NCBI GenBank assembly: GCA_016719925.1
Contig: JADJYC010000004.1
Coordinates: 56,697 to 120,696, forward strand
DNA from: Crocinitomicaceae bacterium
GTDB taxonomy: Bacteria; Bacteroidota; Bacteroidia; Flavobacteriales_D; Crocinitomicaceae
Direction of reading: 5' to 3'
DNA length: 64,000 nt
Shown here: in pieces, positions 18,935 to 29,103 of the stretch
How positions within the stretch are numbered: position 1 is the first letter of the stretch
Layout of the letters: each line of letters starts with the position of its first letter
Notes under the pieces: generated by a model
Databases searched by the model: none
The model's input: only the letters and a program-made list of their open reading frames with translations
What the model was told of the DNA's origin: nothing
Program-made: the position numbers and the translations under genes

Positions 18935-20965
18935 CTATTTCAGATAATGATCCAGCCAGGAATAAAATTCGCGGTGCCAGATAATAGCATTTTGAGGTGT
19001 TAATACAAAGTGATTTTCATCCGGAAATAAAACCATTTTACTTTCAATGCCTTTTAACTGAAGCGCCTGAAAGGCCTCCATTCCCTGATTCAGCGGAACT
19101 CTGAAATCTTGCTCACCGTGGAAAATCAACATGGGTGTATTCCAGTTCTGCACTTTTCTGTGCGGTGAATTTTCCAGATACGATTTAGGCGATTGCACAC
19201 CATAATAATCTCCGCCTATATCACTGTTGGCAAAAAATAATTCTTCAGTTGTACCGTACCAGCTTTCCAGATTAAATAAACCGCAATGTGAGATAAAACA
19301 CTTAAAGCGGTTTTCATGAATGCCTGCCAGATAATAAACTGAATATCCGCCATAACTTGCACCAACCGCACCAATTTTATCTGCATTGACATACGGTTCT
19401 TTTTTTATTTCATCTACTGCTGCAAGATAATCTTCCATCGGTTGTCCGCCCCAGTCTTCACGAATTGCATCATTCCACTCTTGTCCAAATCCCGGTAAAC
19501 CTCTTCTGTTTGGTGCAATGATAATATAATCATTTGCAGCCATCAATTGAAAATTCCAGCGGTATGAAAAGAATTGTGAAACGGCGCTTTGCGGTCCTCC
19601 CTGACAATATAAAAGTGCAGGATATTTTTTTGTCTTGTCAAAATCAGGAGGAAAAATAACCCACACCAATTGTTTTTTTCCATCCGTTGTTGTTACCCAT
19701 CTTTTTTCTACTGTACCGGTTTTTATTTTTGAATAGATGTCTTTGTTTACATCTGTCAGTTGAGTTTCTTCTCCCTTTTTAATACTCACTTTAAAAATAT
19801 CAGTTGGATGATTCATATCCATTCTGCCTCCAACAATAAAATCACCGGCAAGTTCTATTGAAGTATAATCATGATCACCGCTGGTAATCTGACGGATTTG
19901 TTTTGATTTAAAATCGTATTCAAAAAGCTGAACGCATGCTTCTTTCACTGATTTGAAATAAATTTTATCTCCCTTTGGACTCCATACAAATCCATCAACG
20001 GTTATGTCAAATCCAGAAGTGATATTGGAAATAGTTTTAGTTGCACCATCATAAATCACAATGTCATTTTTATCTGCTTCATATCCATCCTCTTCCATAC
20101 TCAGCCAGGCAATTTTAGAACCGTCTTCAGAATAGGAAGGATCTACATCATATCCTTTCATTCCGGAGGATAAATTAGTAGTTGAACCGGTTGCAATGTC
20201 GTACGCATAAATATCTGCGTTGGTACTTACGGCAAATTGTTTTCCTTCTGATTTTTTGCAGACATATAAAATTGTTTTCTGATCAGGTGAAATTGTAAAA
20301 TGTTCTATTCCGCCAAATGGTTTCAAGGGTGATTCAAAATTTTCTCCTTCAAGGATATCTTTTCCTTTACCGGTAAATTTTCCGTCTTTTTTATTCAGAA
20401 AGAAAACATGCGATCGCATGCCGTCTTCCCAGTCACTCCAATGTCTGTACATTAAATCATCAATTACCCTTACATTGGAATTGGGCATATCCGTATGAAA
20501 TTCTGCTCCGGTATATTTTTCCATTTTTACTTCATTGCAATATACCAGCAAAGATTCATCCGCTGAAAATTTGAATCCGGACATTCCACCATCCACAAAA
20601 GAAATCTGCACAGGCGGAATTCCATTGATTGCGTCAATGGCAAATACATTCACCCCTCCTTCTCCTTTAGCAAGATAATAGATGTTTTTACTGTCCTTGC
20701 TCCAGGTGATATTGAACTCTGATCCTTTGGTTGTGGTAAGTTGTTTGATAGTTCCGCCACCAAACGGAACCAGATAAATATTGCTTTCAGAAGAATTGTC
20801 TTCTACTTTGTATTCACGCTGTGTAAAAGCAATAGTTGAATTATCAGGCGAGACAGCAATTTCACCAATGCGTTTCAGTTTCCACAAAAGTTCCGGCGTC
20901 ATTCTGTCTTGCGAAAATGACAAGGTGTAAAAAAGAATTCCTGAAAGTAAAAAGAGATTTTTCAT
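18935..20965 (-). CDS. S9 family peptidase (prolyl oligopeptidase / dipeptidyl aminopeptidase-like, beta-propeller plus alpha/beta hydrolase)
   Basis: Signal peptide, an N-terminal propeller region, and a catalytic Ser motif GAVGASYGGY with downstream D/H region ...LIFHGEQDFRVP.... Confidence 0.8.
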   Translation of the reverse strand: MKNLFLLSGILFYTLSFSQDRMTPELLWKLKRIGEIAVSPDNSTIAFTQREYKVEDNSSESNIYLVPFGGGTIKQLTTTKGSEFNITWSKDSKNIYYLAKGEGGVNVFAIDAINGIPPVQISFVDGGMSGFKFSADESLLVYCNEVKMEKYTGAEFHTDMPNSNVRVIDDLMYRHWSDWEDGMRSHVFFLNKKDGKFTGKGKDILEGENFESPLKPFGGIEHFTISPDQKTILYVCKKSEGKQFAVSTNADIYAYDIATGSTTNLSSGMKGYDVDPSYSEDGSKIAWLSMEEDGYEADKNDIVIYDGATKTISNITSGFDITVDGFVWSPKGDKIYFKSVKEACVQLFEYDFKSKQIRQITSGDHDYTSIELAGDFIVGGRMDMNHPTDIFKVSIKKGEETQLTDVNKDIYSKIKTGTVEKRWVTTTDGKKQLVWVIFPPDFDKTKKYPALLYCQGGPQSAVSQFFSYRWNFQLMAANDYIIIAPNRRGLPGFGQEWNDAIREDWGGQPMEDYLAAVDEIKKEPYVNADKIGAVGASYGGYSVYYLAGIHENRFKCFISHCGLFNLESWYGTTEELFFANSDIGGDYYGVQSPKSYLENSPHRKVQNWNTPMLIFHGEQDFRVPLNQGMEAFQALQLKGIESKMVLFPDENHFVLTPQNAIIWHREFYSWLDHYLK

Positions 20966-20970
20966 AGCGT

Positions 20971-22185
20971 TTATTTTACAATTCGTTTTATAAGAAATTT
21001 ACCCGGCAGGTATGATACTACTGTCCCCAGACAAAGTGTGATTGACAAAATTAATATCAGATCAGAAACTTTAAGATGTATCGGGAATGCTTCACCAAAT
21101 TCTTCATCTAGCATAATGAAACCGAACTGCTGTTGTAAAAAACAAATTCCGTAACCAATCACTAAACCAAAAATTAATCCTGAAAGATTAATCATCATTC
21201 CTTCATAAAAGAAAATGTTCTGAAGTTGTCCTTTGGTAGCACCCAGAGCACGTATCGTCAGAAGGTTACTTTGCTTTTCCAAAACGAGCATGGTAATGGA
21301 AGAAACCAGCGTGAATGTCACCATAAAAAATATGAACGTCAGAAACAAAACAATCAGCCACTTTTCCATCTGACTGGTTTGATAAATCAGTTGGTTCTGT
21401 TCAAAATGAGTTTTTATTTTAAAACCACTTCCAAGTATTGCAGCCAGTTCAATTTTCTTTTCTTCCAGATCTGTTCCGGGTTCAAAACTCATTTCCAGCG
21501 AAGTGATTTCATTTTTGATATTGAGTGCATCAGATGCGTATGAAATAGGAACCACAAGCACACGCTCATCTACTTTGTTGTTGAATGCAAAAACACCGGC
21601 TATTGCAATCTTTCTTGATTCAAATCCATCAATTCCTCCGCTCTTGATTTTCTCTTCCCGGTTTGGAACATAAATAGTAAAATCATCATACGGCATATCT
21701 CCCTGTGCAATGTAACCGTTCAGATTGATCAATGCACCAACACCAATAACTCCAAGCGGTCCAAACTCATCTTCCAGAACAGCTTCACCGTCTTCCAGAT
21801 GCGATTCCATTTCACTCATCTCAATAAACTGCTGTTCCACTCCTTTGATCTGACCAATGATAAACTTGTCATCGTTTTTGATAATGCAAATTTCTTCAAG
21901 AACTTCGGTTGCATTTTCGAGTCCTTCTATTTCAAAAACCTCTTTGGGCAAATAAGTTCTGCTGAACGTTTTGGTGCTGGTTGATTCAATGCGGATATCC
22001 TGTTCGTACGCACTGTTGATTTCAATTACTAATTGCTCAATGCCGTTGAATGCTGAAAGAACAATCACCAGCGCAATAGTAGAAATGGCTATTCCGATTA
22101 CAGAAATAATGGAAATAATATTGATGGCGTTGTGCGTCTTCTTAGAAAAAAGATACCTTTTAGCTATGAAGAAAGAAGCGTTCAT
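20971..22185 (-). CDS. FtsX-like ABC transporter permease (LolE-like)
   Basis: N-terminal TM, large periplasmic loop and three C-terminal TM helices. The motif ...TIRALGATKGQLQNIFFYEGMMI... is characteristic of FtsX/LolCE permeases. Confidence 0.7.
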   Translation of the reverse strand: MNASFFIAKRYLFSKKTHNAINIISIISVIGIAISTIALVIVLSAFNGIEQLVIEINSAYEQDIRIESTSTKTFSRTYLPKEVFEIEGLENATEVLEEICIIKNDDKFIIGQIKGVEQQFIEMSEMESHLEDGEAVLEDEFGPLGVIGVGALINLNGYIAQGDMPYDDFTIYVPNREEKIKSGGIDGFESRKIAIAGVFAFNNKVDERVLVVPISYASDALNIKNEITSLEMSFEPGTDLEEKKIELAAILGSGFKIKTHFEQNQLIYQTSQMEKWLIVLFLTFIFFMVTFTLVSSITMLVLEKQSNLLTIRALGATKGQLQNIFFYEGMMINLSGLIFGLVIGYGICFLQQQFGFIMLDEEFGEAFPIHLKVSDLILILSITLCLGTVVSYLPGKFLIKRIVK

Positions 22186-22523
22186 TTACCTTTCAGAAGC
22201 TTGTCAATTTTTTCAGAATAATCCAGTGAATCATCTATCTCAAACGCAAATTCCGGAATTCGTCTCAAAGATTTTCCCAATCTTTTACCCATTTCATATC
22301 TGATCTGGGGTTTATGGTGCTGAATATTGGCAAAAGGGACATTTCTGTCAGGCACACCAAAAATGCTCAGATACACTTTGGCAAAAGACAAATCGGGTGC
22401 AACTCTGACTGCTGTAGCTGTTACCATAGCCCCCATACACAATTCACGGGTTTCTTCCCTGAAATATTTGCTGAACTCCTGCTGTATCAGGGTTTCAAAT
22501 TTCTGCTGTCTCACTGAACTCAT
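22182..22523 (-). CDS. rbfA: 30S ribosome-binding factor RbfA
   Basis: MSSVRQQKFETLIQQEFSKYFREE...VTATAVRVAPDLSFAKVYLSIFG...RRIPEFAFEIDDSLDYSEKIDKLL aligns with the RbfA consensus. The start was chosen at an internal Met of the longer ORF. Confidence 0.7.
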   Translation of the reverse strand: MSSVRQQKFETLIQQEFSKYFREETRELCMGAMVTATAVRVAPDLSFAKVYLSIFGVPDRNVPFANIQHHKPQIRYEMGKRLGKSLRRIPEFAFEIDDSLDYSEKIDKLLKGK

Positions 22524-22624
22524 AGTGCAAAAATACGATAATCCCCGGTTTTTGACTTTTCCCGGTTTGAAAAACAATTCACACAATTTGCCGTTATCCT
22601 GAAATTCACCCTACTTTTGAAGCC

Positions 22625-24475
22625 ATGAAAGGATTTGTCCAGATTTTTAAACTTGCGTTTACTTATAAGCGGACAGCTGTTGCAGTTATTATCTTCAACT
22701 TTCTTTTTGCCATTTTTAATCTCCTTTCTCTTGTCCTTTTTGTCCCGTTTCTGGAATTGATTTTTAAAGAAGAAAAAAACGGAGAACTTGAAACCATTGT
22801 CAAACCAGATTGGGATACCAGTAAAGGCGCCATTGATTATTTCAGTGACTATTTTGAATACATGCAGGCAACTTTTATTAAAACACATGGTGAAGCAGGT
22901 GCCCTGGCTTTTATTTGTATTGCCGTTTTAGTTGCATTTCTTTTAAAGAATTTATTCCGTTATGGCGCCATCTGGCATCAGTCGTATTTACGAATGGCTG
23001 TGGTACGTGATCTCAGAAAACAACTTTTTGGAAAAGCTATTCATTTACCGCTTGCCTATTATTCTGAAGAGAAAAAAGGAAATTTACTGGCGCGCATGAC
23101 TGCCGATTTGAATGAAATTGAAATTGCTGTTGTGTATATTCTTGAAATTATTTTCCGTGAACCTATTTCAATCATCATTGCTTTATCCGTTTTATTTTAC
23201 TGGAGTACAGAACTTACTTTGTTCTCACTGATACTGATGCCGGTGAGTGCTTTTTTTATTTCCAGAATTGGCAAGAGTTTAAAACGTACTTCAGCCAAAG
23301 GCCAGCAGCAAATGGGTCAGGTGCTTTCAGTTATTGAAGAATCACTTGGTGGTGTCAGAATCATTAAAGCATTCAATGCTGAAAAAACTGCGCAAAAAAG
23401 ATTGGAAAAAGAAAATGATCATCATCAGAATTTAATGACCCGCGCGTTCAGAAAAAAAGAACTTGCTTCACCGCTGAATGAATTTTTAGGAGCTGCTGTT
23501 TTAATTTCTATTGTTTGGTTTGGCGGAAAAATAATTTTGGAAAAAGGAGGCGGAACATCTGCCATGACCGGTGATGAATTTATTGCGTTCATTATTGTTT
23601 TCTCTCAATTACTTCGTCCGGTGAGCGGTATTGCAAGCGGACTCGCCGCAACCAGCAAAGGTTCTGCTTCCATTGACCGGATCAATGAAATTCTGGATCT
23701 CACGGAGCAAATTCAAGATCCGAAAAATCCGGTACAGAAAAATTCATTTGACCGCACAGTAGAATTTGATCATGTGGTTTTTGCGTATGCTGATGAGCCG
23801 GTGCTGAAAAATATTTCTTTCAAACTTGATAAAGGAAAAACGATTGCCCTGGTTGGTGAAAGTGGTAGTGGCAAGTCAACTATTTCTGATTTGATTCCGC
23901 GGTTTTATGATGTAAAATCCGGCGCTGTTAAAATTGATGATGTCAATGTGAAAGACATGACCAAAAAAGATTTGCGTGAATTGATCAGCGTGGTGACGCA
24001 GGAATCTATTCTCTTCAATGACAGTATTCACAATAATATTGCTTTTGGAAAACCCGATGCTACAGAAGAAGAAATCATTGCCGCAGCAAAAATTGCCAAC
24101 GCGCATGAATTTATTTCATCGTTTGAAAATGGATACGATACAAACATTGGTGACCGTGGAAATAAACTTTCCGGCGGACAAAAACAACGTTTGAGTATTG
24201 CACGCGCCGTACTAACTAATGCACCTATCATGATTCTGGATGAAGCTACCTCAGCACTTGATACCGAATCTGAAAAACTGGTTCAAGATGCACTGGACCG
24301 TTTGATGAAAAACAGAACGTCACTGGTTATTGCGCATCGCCTCAGCACCATTAAAAATGCTGATCAGATTATCGTTCTGAAAAAAGGTGAAATTGTTGAG
24401 CAAGGCACACACGCTGAACTAATCGCTGCCAATGGCTATTACAAATCACTTTGTGATATTCAGGCGGTGATTTGA
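22625..24475 (+). CDS. ABC transporter ATP-binding/permease protein (MsbA-like exporter)
   Basis: Six TM helices, then Walker A GESGSGKST, signature LSGGQKQRLSIARA and Walker B ILDEATSALD. 616 aa. Confidence 0.85.
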   Translation: MKGFVQIFKLAFTYKRTAVAVIIFNFLFAIFNLLSLVLFVPFLELIFKEEKNGELETIVKPDWDTSKGAIDYFSDYFEYMQATFIKTHGEAGALAFICIAVLVAFLLKNLFRYGAIWHQSYLRMAVVRDLRKQLFGKAIHLPLAYYSEEKKGNLLARMTADLNEIEIAVVYILEIIFREPISIIIALSVLFYWSTELTLFSLILMPVSAFFISRIGKSLKRTSAKGQQQMGQVLSVIEESLGGVRIIKAFNAEKTAQKRLEKENDHHQNLMTRAFRKKELASPLNEFLGAAVLISIVWFGGKIILEKGGGTSAMTGDEFIAFIIVFSQLLRPVSGIASGLAATSKGSASIDRINEILDLTEQIQDPKNPVQKNSFDRTVEFDHVVFAYADEPVLKNISFKLDKGKTIALVGESGSGKSTISDLIPRFYDVKSGAVKIDDVNVKDMTKKDLRELISVVTQESILFNDSIHNNIAFGKPDATEEEIIAAAKIANAHEFISSFENGYDTNIGDRGNKLSGGQKQRLSIARAVLTNAPIMILDEATSALDTESEKLVQDALDRLMKNRTSLVIAHRLSTIKNADQIIVLKKGEIVEQGTHAELIAANGYYKSLCDIQAVI

Positions 24476-24479
24476 TTTT

Positions 24480-24635
24480 TTACATCAACCCTCCCCTGTC
24501 CAAACTCCTATACTGTATTGCTTCTGCCAAATGATGTGGTTCAATGTTCACACTTTTTTCCAGGTCAGCAATAGTTCTGGCCACTTTTAAAATCCGTCCG
24601 TATGATCTAGCTGATAAACCCATTTTATCCATGGC
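24480..24635. repeat. 156-bp direct duplication of the yifB/comM 3' end (copy 1, displaced)
   Basis: About 93% identical to 25249-25404. Its reverse strand encodes [52 protein letters not shown], the exact C-terminal 52 aa of the yifB product. Confidence 0.85.
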
Positions 24636-25176
24636 GAGTTTTAAATCCTATTTTTCTAATCTCAATTTTTTCATTTTTAACTTCATCCTGAATCATCAAT
24701 CCATCGATATATTCAAAAAGTAACTCAATACTCTTGGTATTTCCATCAGTTTTTTGTTCGATCTTTTCGATTAACGATCTGAGCTCCGAATGATTTATCA
24801 CCATTTTACGCAAAGAAACAAAAGCTCTTATTATTGCGATATTCATCTCTCTTGCGCGCTTGCTTTTGAGCACGCTGGATAACATTGCAACACCCGTTTC
24901 AGTAAATGCAAAAGGTTCGGATCCTCCTAAATGTTGTTTGGAAGGAATAATATTCTGTTCAATTATAATTTCTATTTCTTCAGGAGATAGAACAAACATA
25001 AAATCCGTTGGAAATAAATCCAAGTTTCTGCGAACAGCTTGTTTTAATGCTCTGGTTTCAACTCCATAAATTTCTGCAAGATGAATATCAAGCATCACTT
25101 TCTCCTCTCTTAAAACAAAAATTTTATCGATTATGTTGTCTTCAGGTTTTACTTCTGATATTTCCTTAATCTTCAT
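24625..25176 (-). CDS. ORF6N (KilA-N related) domain protein
   Basis: [52 protein letters not shown] matches the ORF6N domain common in Bacteroidetes mobile elements. The gene lies between the two copies of the 156-bp repeat. Confidence 0.7.
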   Translation of the reverse strand: MKIKEISEVKPEDNIIDKIFVLREEKVMLDIHLAEIYGVETRALKQAVRRNLDLFPTDFMFVLSPEEIEIIIEQNIIPSKQHLGGSEPFAFTETGVAMLSSVLKSKRAREMNIAIIRAFVSLRKMVINHSELRSLIEKIEQKTDGNTKSIELLFEYIDGLMIQDEVKNEKIEIRKIGFKTRHG

Positions 25177-25198
25177 GTCTTTATTAGCTTTGATATGG

Positions 25199-25215
25199 TA
25201 TCACAATTTGTGACA
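25199..25215. promoter_or_regulatory. 13-bp palindrome TCACAATTTGTGA upstream of the ORF6N gene (candidate operator)
   Basis: Perfect TCACAA-T-TTGTGA palindrome 23 nt upstream of the ORF6N start. A second identical copy is at 27032-27044. Confidence 0.3.
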
Positions 25216-25248
25216 CCATTACATTAAGTTCAATCATTTAACTATTCA

Positions 25249-26781
25249 TTACATCAACCCTCCCCTATCCAAACTCCTATACTGTATAGCCTCTGCCAAA
25301 TGATGCGGTTCAATGTTCACACTTTTTTCCAGGTCAGCAATTGTTCTGGCTACTTTCAAAATCCGTCCGTATGATCTTGCAGATAAACCCATTTTATCCA
25401 TGGCATTTTTTAGAAGCAATTGCCCGGCATCTGAAACCTGACAATATTTTTCACTCAGCTGCGGATTCAATTGTGCGTTGTAATAAATGCCTTTGTATTC
25501 TTTGTATCGGTTTTCCTGCAAAGCTCTTGCGGCAACAACACGTTTTCTGATTTCTTCACTGCTTTCTCCTTTTCTTACATCTGCCAACTCCTCAAATTTT
25601 ACCGCCGGAACTTCAATGTGCAAATCAATTCTGTCCATGAGCGGACCGGAGATTTTCTGCAAATATCTTTTCACCACAATTTCAGGATCAGAATTTGGAT
25701 CATTGGCATCGTAAAAATTTCCTGACGGAGATGGATTCATACTTGCAACCAACATAAATCCCGCCGGATATTCCACCGACATTTTTGCTCGTGAAATTGT
25801 CACCACTCTATCTTCCAAGGGCTGACGCATCACTTCTAAAACCTGTCTTTTATATTCAGGCAATTCATCTAAAAATAAAATGCCGTTGTGCGCCAGAGAA
25901 ATTTCACCGGGTTTTGGATTTGATCCGCCGCCAACGAGTGCTACATCGGAAACCGTGTGATGCGGCGACCGAAATGGCCGTGTCATCAGCAATCCATGAT
26001 TGGCACCTACCAATCCGGCAACGGAATGTATTTTAGTTGTCTCCAGTGCTTCATCAATTGTCAGCGGTGGTAAAATGGTTGGAAGTCTTTTAGCCAGCAT
26101 TGTTTTTCCTGAACCGGGAGGACCAACCAATAAAATATTATGCCCGCCGGATGCCGCAATTTCAAGCGCTCGTTTGACATGCTCTTGTCCTTTTACATCG
26201 GCAAAATCAACCAGATAATTTAATGCATCCTCTGCTCTATCATCACGCTGAAATTTTGCGGGAACAATGGCTTTCATTCCGTTCAGATAATCCACCACAT
26301 CTCTGATATTTTCCACACCAATGATATCAATGCCTTCCACAATTGCTGCTTCGTTTGCATTCTGATACGGCAGAATAAATCCTTTGAATCCCATGTCGCG
26401 CGCTTTGATGGCAATGGATAATGCACCACGAATTGGCTGCACACCGCCGTCTAAAGAAAGCTCACCCATGATCAGGTATTTTTCAATTTCAGGATTGACG
26501 ATTTGTTCACTCGCAGATAAAATTCCAACAGCAATGGTGAGATCATACGCTGACCCTTCTTTGCGAATATCTGCCGGAGCCATGTTCACCGTTATTTCAC
26601 GCCGCGGATATTTATAATCTGCGTTGGTAAACGCCGCTTTGATTCGTTGATGACTTTCTTTAATAGCACTGTCCGGCAACCCCACCAGAAAAAAATTGAT
26701 TCCGTTGCTCAGATTTGTTTCAACCGTGATGGGAATTGCTTCTATCCCATATACTGCACATCCAAAAGTTTTGACTAACAT
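25249..26781 (-). CDS. comM: YifB/ComM family Mg-chelatase-like AAA+ ATPase
   Basis: Lon-like N-terminal domain, Walker A VGPPGSGKTM, Walker B/sensor FLDELPE, and the C-terminal ...[17 protein letters not shown]... 510 aa. Confidence 0.85.
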   Translation of the reverse strand: MLVKTFGCAVYGIEAIPITVETNLSNGINFFLVGLPDSAIKESHQRIKAAFTNADYKYPRREITVNMAPADIRKEGSAYDLTIAVGILSASEQIVNPEIEKYLIMGELSLDGGVQPIRGALSIAIKARDMGFKGFILPYQNANEAAIVEGIDIIGVENIRDVVDYLNGMKAIVPAKFQRDDRAEDALNYLVDFADVKGQEHVKRALEIAASGGHNILLVGPPGSGKTMLAKRLPTILPPLTIDEALETTKIHSVAGLVGANHGLLMTRPFRSPHHTVSDVALVGGGSNPKPGEISLAHNGILFLDELPEYKRQVLEVMRQPLEDRVVTISRAKMSVEYPAGFMLVASMNPSPSGNFYDANDPNSDPEIVVKRYLQKISGPLMDRIDLHIEVPAVKFEELADVRKGESSEEIRKRVVAARALQENRYKEYKGIYYNAQLNPQLSEKYCQVSDAGQLLLKNAMDKMGLSARSYGRILKVARTIADLEKSVNIEPHHLAEAIQYRSLDRGGLM

Positions 26782-26850
26782 TTTTTGTTTTCATAAAATC
26801 GTTTTGAGTATTGGAGATCGTTTTGTCTCTTTTACAAGACAGATGTTTTT

Positions 26851-26946
26851 AGAGGTGGTCGCAAATTGCGACCACCTCTGAATTAGTTGCTGCGATTGAC
26901 TTTAAGCAATATCTTTAAATTGGAGGTGCTAAATTGGCACCTCCAA
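26851..26946. other. Two strong hairpins in the yifB upstream region (12-bp stem GGTGGTCGCAA/TTGCGACCACC and 10-bp stem TTGGAGGTGC/GCACCTCCAA)
   Basis: Perfect inverted repeats at 26851-26880 and 26920-26946, in the intergenic region between convergent and divergent minus-strand genes. Confidence 0.4.
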
Positions 26947-27320
26947 TTACGCGTACAAATACAATCTTGAACATTCCAAATAATATAGGAAAATGACCTC
27001 ACACGTTGTTTGAACAGAAAACTTGAAATCACAATTTGTGACCCCAATTCTGAATATTCATTATCAGAATGTCGAAATAAAAATTCCATTAAAAAAATAA
27101 TAAATCGTCTTGAATACTGGAGATCGTTTTGATCTGCGAAAGCAGAACAGGGAAGAATTGAGAATTACAATTCGGGGACCAAGGTATTAAAAAAATTCTA
27201 AATCGCTAAAAATCCGGGAGGACTAAAAAAAATTTGATGTATCCATTAGATCAGAAGGTTAAAATAAAATGGATTACCGAAAGTTGATTTTTTAATCGGA
27301 TCAGAATTATAGATTAATCC

Positions 27321-28385
27321 TCAATATTTGAAAAAATGGTTGGTCTGAATCAGATTTCCATTATTGGTGATTTGATAATAATAGATTCCTGAATAAAGCA
27401 TTGATAAGTCGATTATAATTTCCTGATTGAAATTTGTTTCGTCCAGTTTTCTGCCATCTGCCGAGTAAATAGTCAATAGAAGCGTATTTTCGTTTTGAGG
27501 CTGATTCGTTTTGAAAATGATAAAATCATCTGCTGGATTTGGATACACCGAAAATTTTTGACTGCCAACTTCACTTATTGAACCTGTTGGGTGAACCGCG
27601 TATCCGCTCTGAATATTTTTTAGTGCCCAACCGTTTTTTCCAGAAGTAGTATTATCCGATATAAAATTGAATCTGAAAATTAATGAATCGTTTTGATCGG
27701 CAGTTTTCACACCCCCATAGTTAAAAAACATTTCAGTGTAGAACTCTTGCCACAAATCATATGTACCTGTGTAAACACAGCTGGAATCAAACAGTGAATC
27801 TCTGTAGCCGTTAATTTCATGGTAATAATTGTGAAAGGCATCAGTGGCTAGTTGATGCATATAAATAGTATCGCTGTTGTCAGTTATCATCTGATAATAA
27901 AAATCACTAAAAACAACATCGCTTGCTGATCCAACAGGCATCAGATAGCGCAACCAGAACGTAGTTAATGTGTCACCATCATGAACATAATCAATTGAAT
28001 CATTGTCGATATTTATATCAATGAAGCCTCCGGCATGATTCGTATCAGTATCTATTTTGTGATCAAAGGATAAAACGTAAGCTGTTCCTAATTCAACATA
28101 GCCACCTTCATATGGTCTGGTAAGAATAATTTCTACACTGGCTGACGTATTTGACGAATACATATTTAAAGTATCCGTAACTAATATATCTGTTGATGAA
28201 GTTCCGAAAAAAGGTTTATAAGATTGTCCGTAATGCCAAACTAAACTGTCATTTGCAGTTTGCCATTGGAGTTGATTTTCAGAAATTGGATTTATTTCGT
28301 ATTCCCAGTATAATAAAGGCCCTTGAGCAAATAGTTTGAAACCAAGATTTGAAATCAATAAAATAAATAAGAATTGAAATTTCAT
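27321..28385 (-). CDS. Secreted protein with a T9SS C-terminal sorting domain
   Basis: Signal peptide MKFQFLFILLISNLGFKLFAQ. C-terminal ...FSVYPNPADDFIIFKTNQ...GRKLDETNFNQ...LYSGIYYYQITNNGNLIQTNHFFKY resembles a type-A T9SS CTD. Confidence 0.5.
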   Translation of the reverse strand: MKFQFLFILLISNLGFKLFAQGPLLYWEYEINPISENQLQWQTANDSLVWHYGQSYKPFFGTSSTDILVTDTLNMYSSNTSASVEIILTRPYEGGYVELGTAYVLSFDHKIDTDTNHAGGFIDINIDNDSIDYVHDGDTLTTFWLRYLMPVGSASDVVFSDFYYQMITDNSDTIYMHQLATDAFHNYYHEINGYRDSLFDSSCVYTGTYDLWQEFYTEMFFNYGGVKTADQNDSLIFRFNFISDNTTSGKNGWALKNIQSGYAVHPTGSISEVGSQKFSVYPNPADDFIIFKTNQPQNENTLLLTIYSADGRKLDETNFNQEIIIDLSMLYSGIYYYQITNNGNLIQTNHFFKY

Positions 28386-28398
28386 GTCTCAAAATACT

Positions 28399-28989
28399 TT
28401 AAAAAACAAAATCACCCGTGAATATTCGTCTCAATATAATGAATGAGTGAATGAATAATTTTATGTGAATTTCCTGAACGCGGTCAGCCCAGTTGCTCAT
28501 GGGTGTTCTGATTTCCAGATCAACCATTTCAGCCATTTTGCCACCGCTTTTACCGGTTAATCCAACAACAAACATCTTATTTGCTTTTGCCGCCAGCACA
28601 GCATTGATCACGTTTTGTGAGTTACCACTGGTTGAAATAGCCAATAAAACATCACCCGGACGACCAATACTTTCTACGTATCTTGAAAAGATATAATCAT
28701 AGCCGTAATCATTTGCAATGCAGGTAATATGCGCCGGATCAGAAATAGCAACGGCGGGAATAGGTCCGCGGTTTTCTCTGAATCTACCGGTCATTTCTTC
28801 AGCAAAATGCATGGCATCACTCATAGAGCCTCCGTTTCCGCATGAAATGACTTTACCCCCCTTTTTTATTGAGGCAATGATGGTATCACCGGCTTTTTTA
28901 ATTTTTTCAAAATTTGACGGGTCAGCAATGAATTTTTCCAGTACTGACTGGGCTTCCAAAAAATGGTCCGCTATTTGTTTAGTGCTCAT
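28399..28989 (-). CDS. gmhA: D-sedoheptulose 7-phosphate isomerase (SIS domain)
   Basis: [32 protein letters not shown]...[17 protein letters not shown] are the GmhA SIS motifs. 196 aa. Confidence 0.8.
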   Translation of the reverse strand: MSTKQIADHFLEAQSVLEKFIADPSNFEKIKKAGDTIIASIKKGGKVISCGNGGSMSDAMHFAEEMTGRFRENRGPIPAVAISDPAHITCIANDYGYDYIFSRYVESIGRPGDVLLAISTSGNSQNVINAVLAAKANKMFVVGLTGKSGGKMAEMVDLEIRTPMSNWADRVQEIHIKLFIHSFIILRRIFTGDFVF

Positions 28990-29103
28990 TGAACGCAGAT
29001 TTTATCAAATGTAGCTAAAAATGTAAATAATGCGTTTAGCTGATTTGTGAATCTTGGTTATATTTGAAGGTTGTATAATACTTGTGCCAAAACTATTGAG
29101 ACT

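Noticed and set aside
25201-25213. CRP/FNR-type binding site (TGTGA...TCACA)
   Set aside because: The half-sites are in the opposite order (TCACA-N3-TGTGA) with 3-nt rather than 6-nt spacing, so it is not a canonical CRP site. It is kept only as an unassigned palindrome.
25341-26218. Several 69-84-aa plus-strand ORFs
   Set aside because: All lie inside and antisense to the well-supported yifB/comM CDS, with no independent signals.
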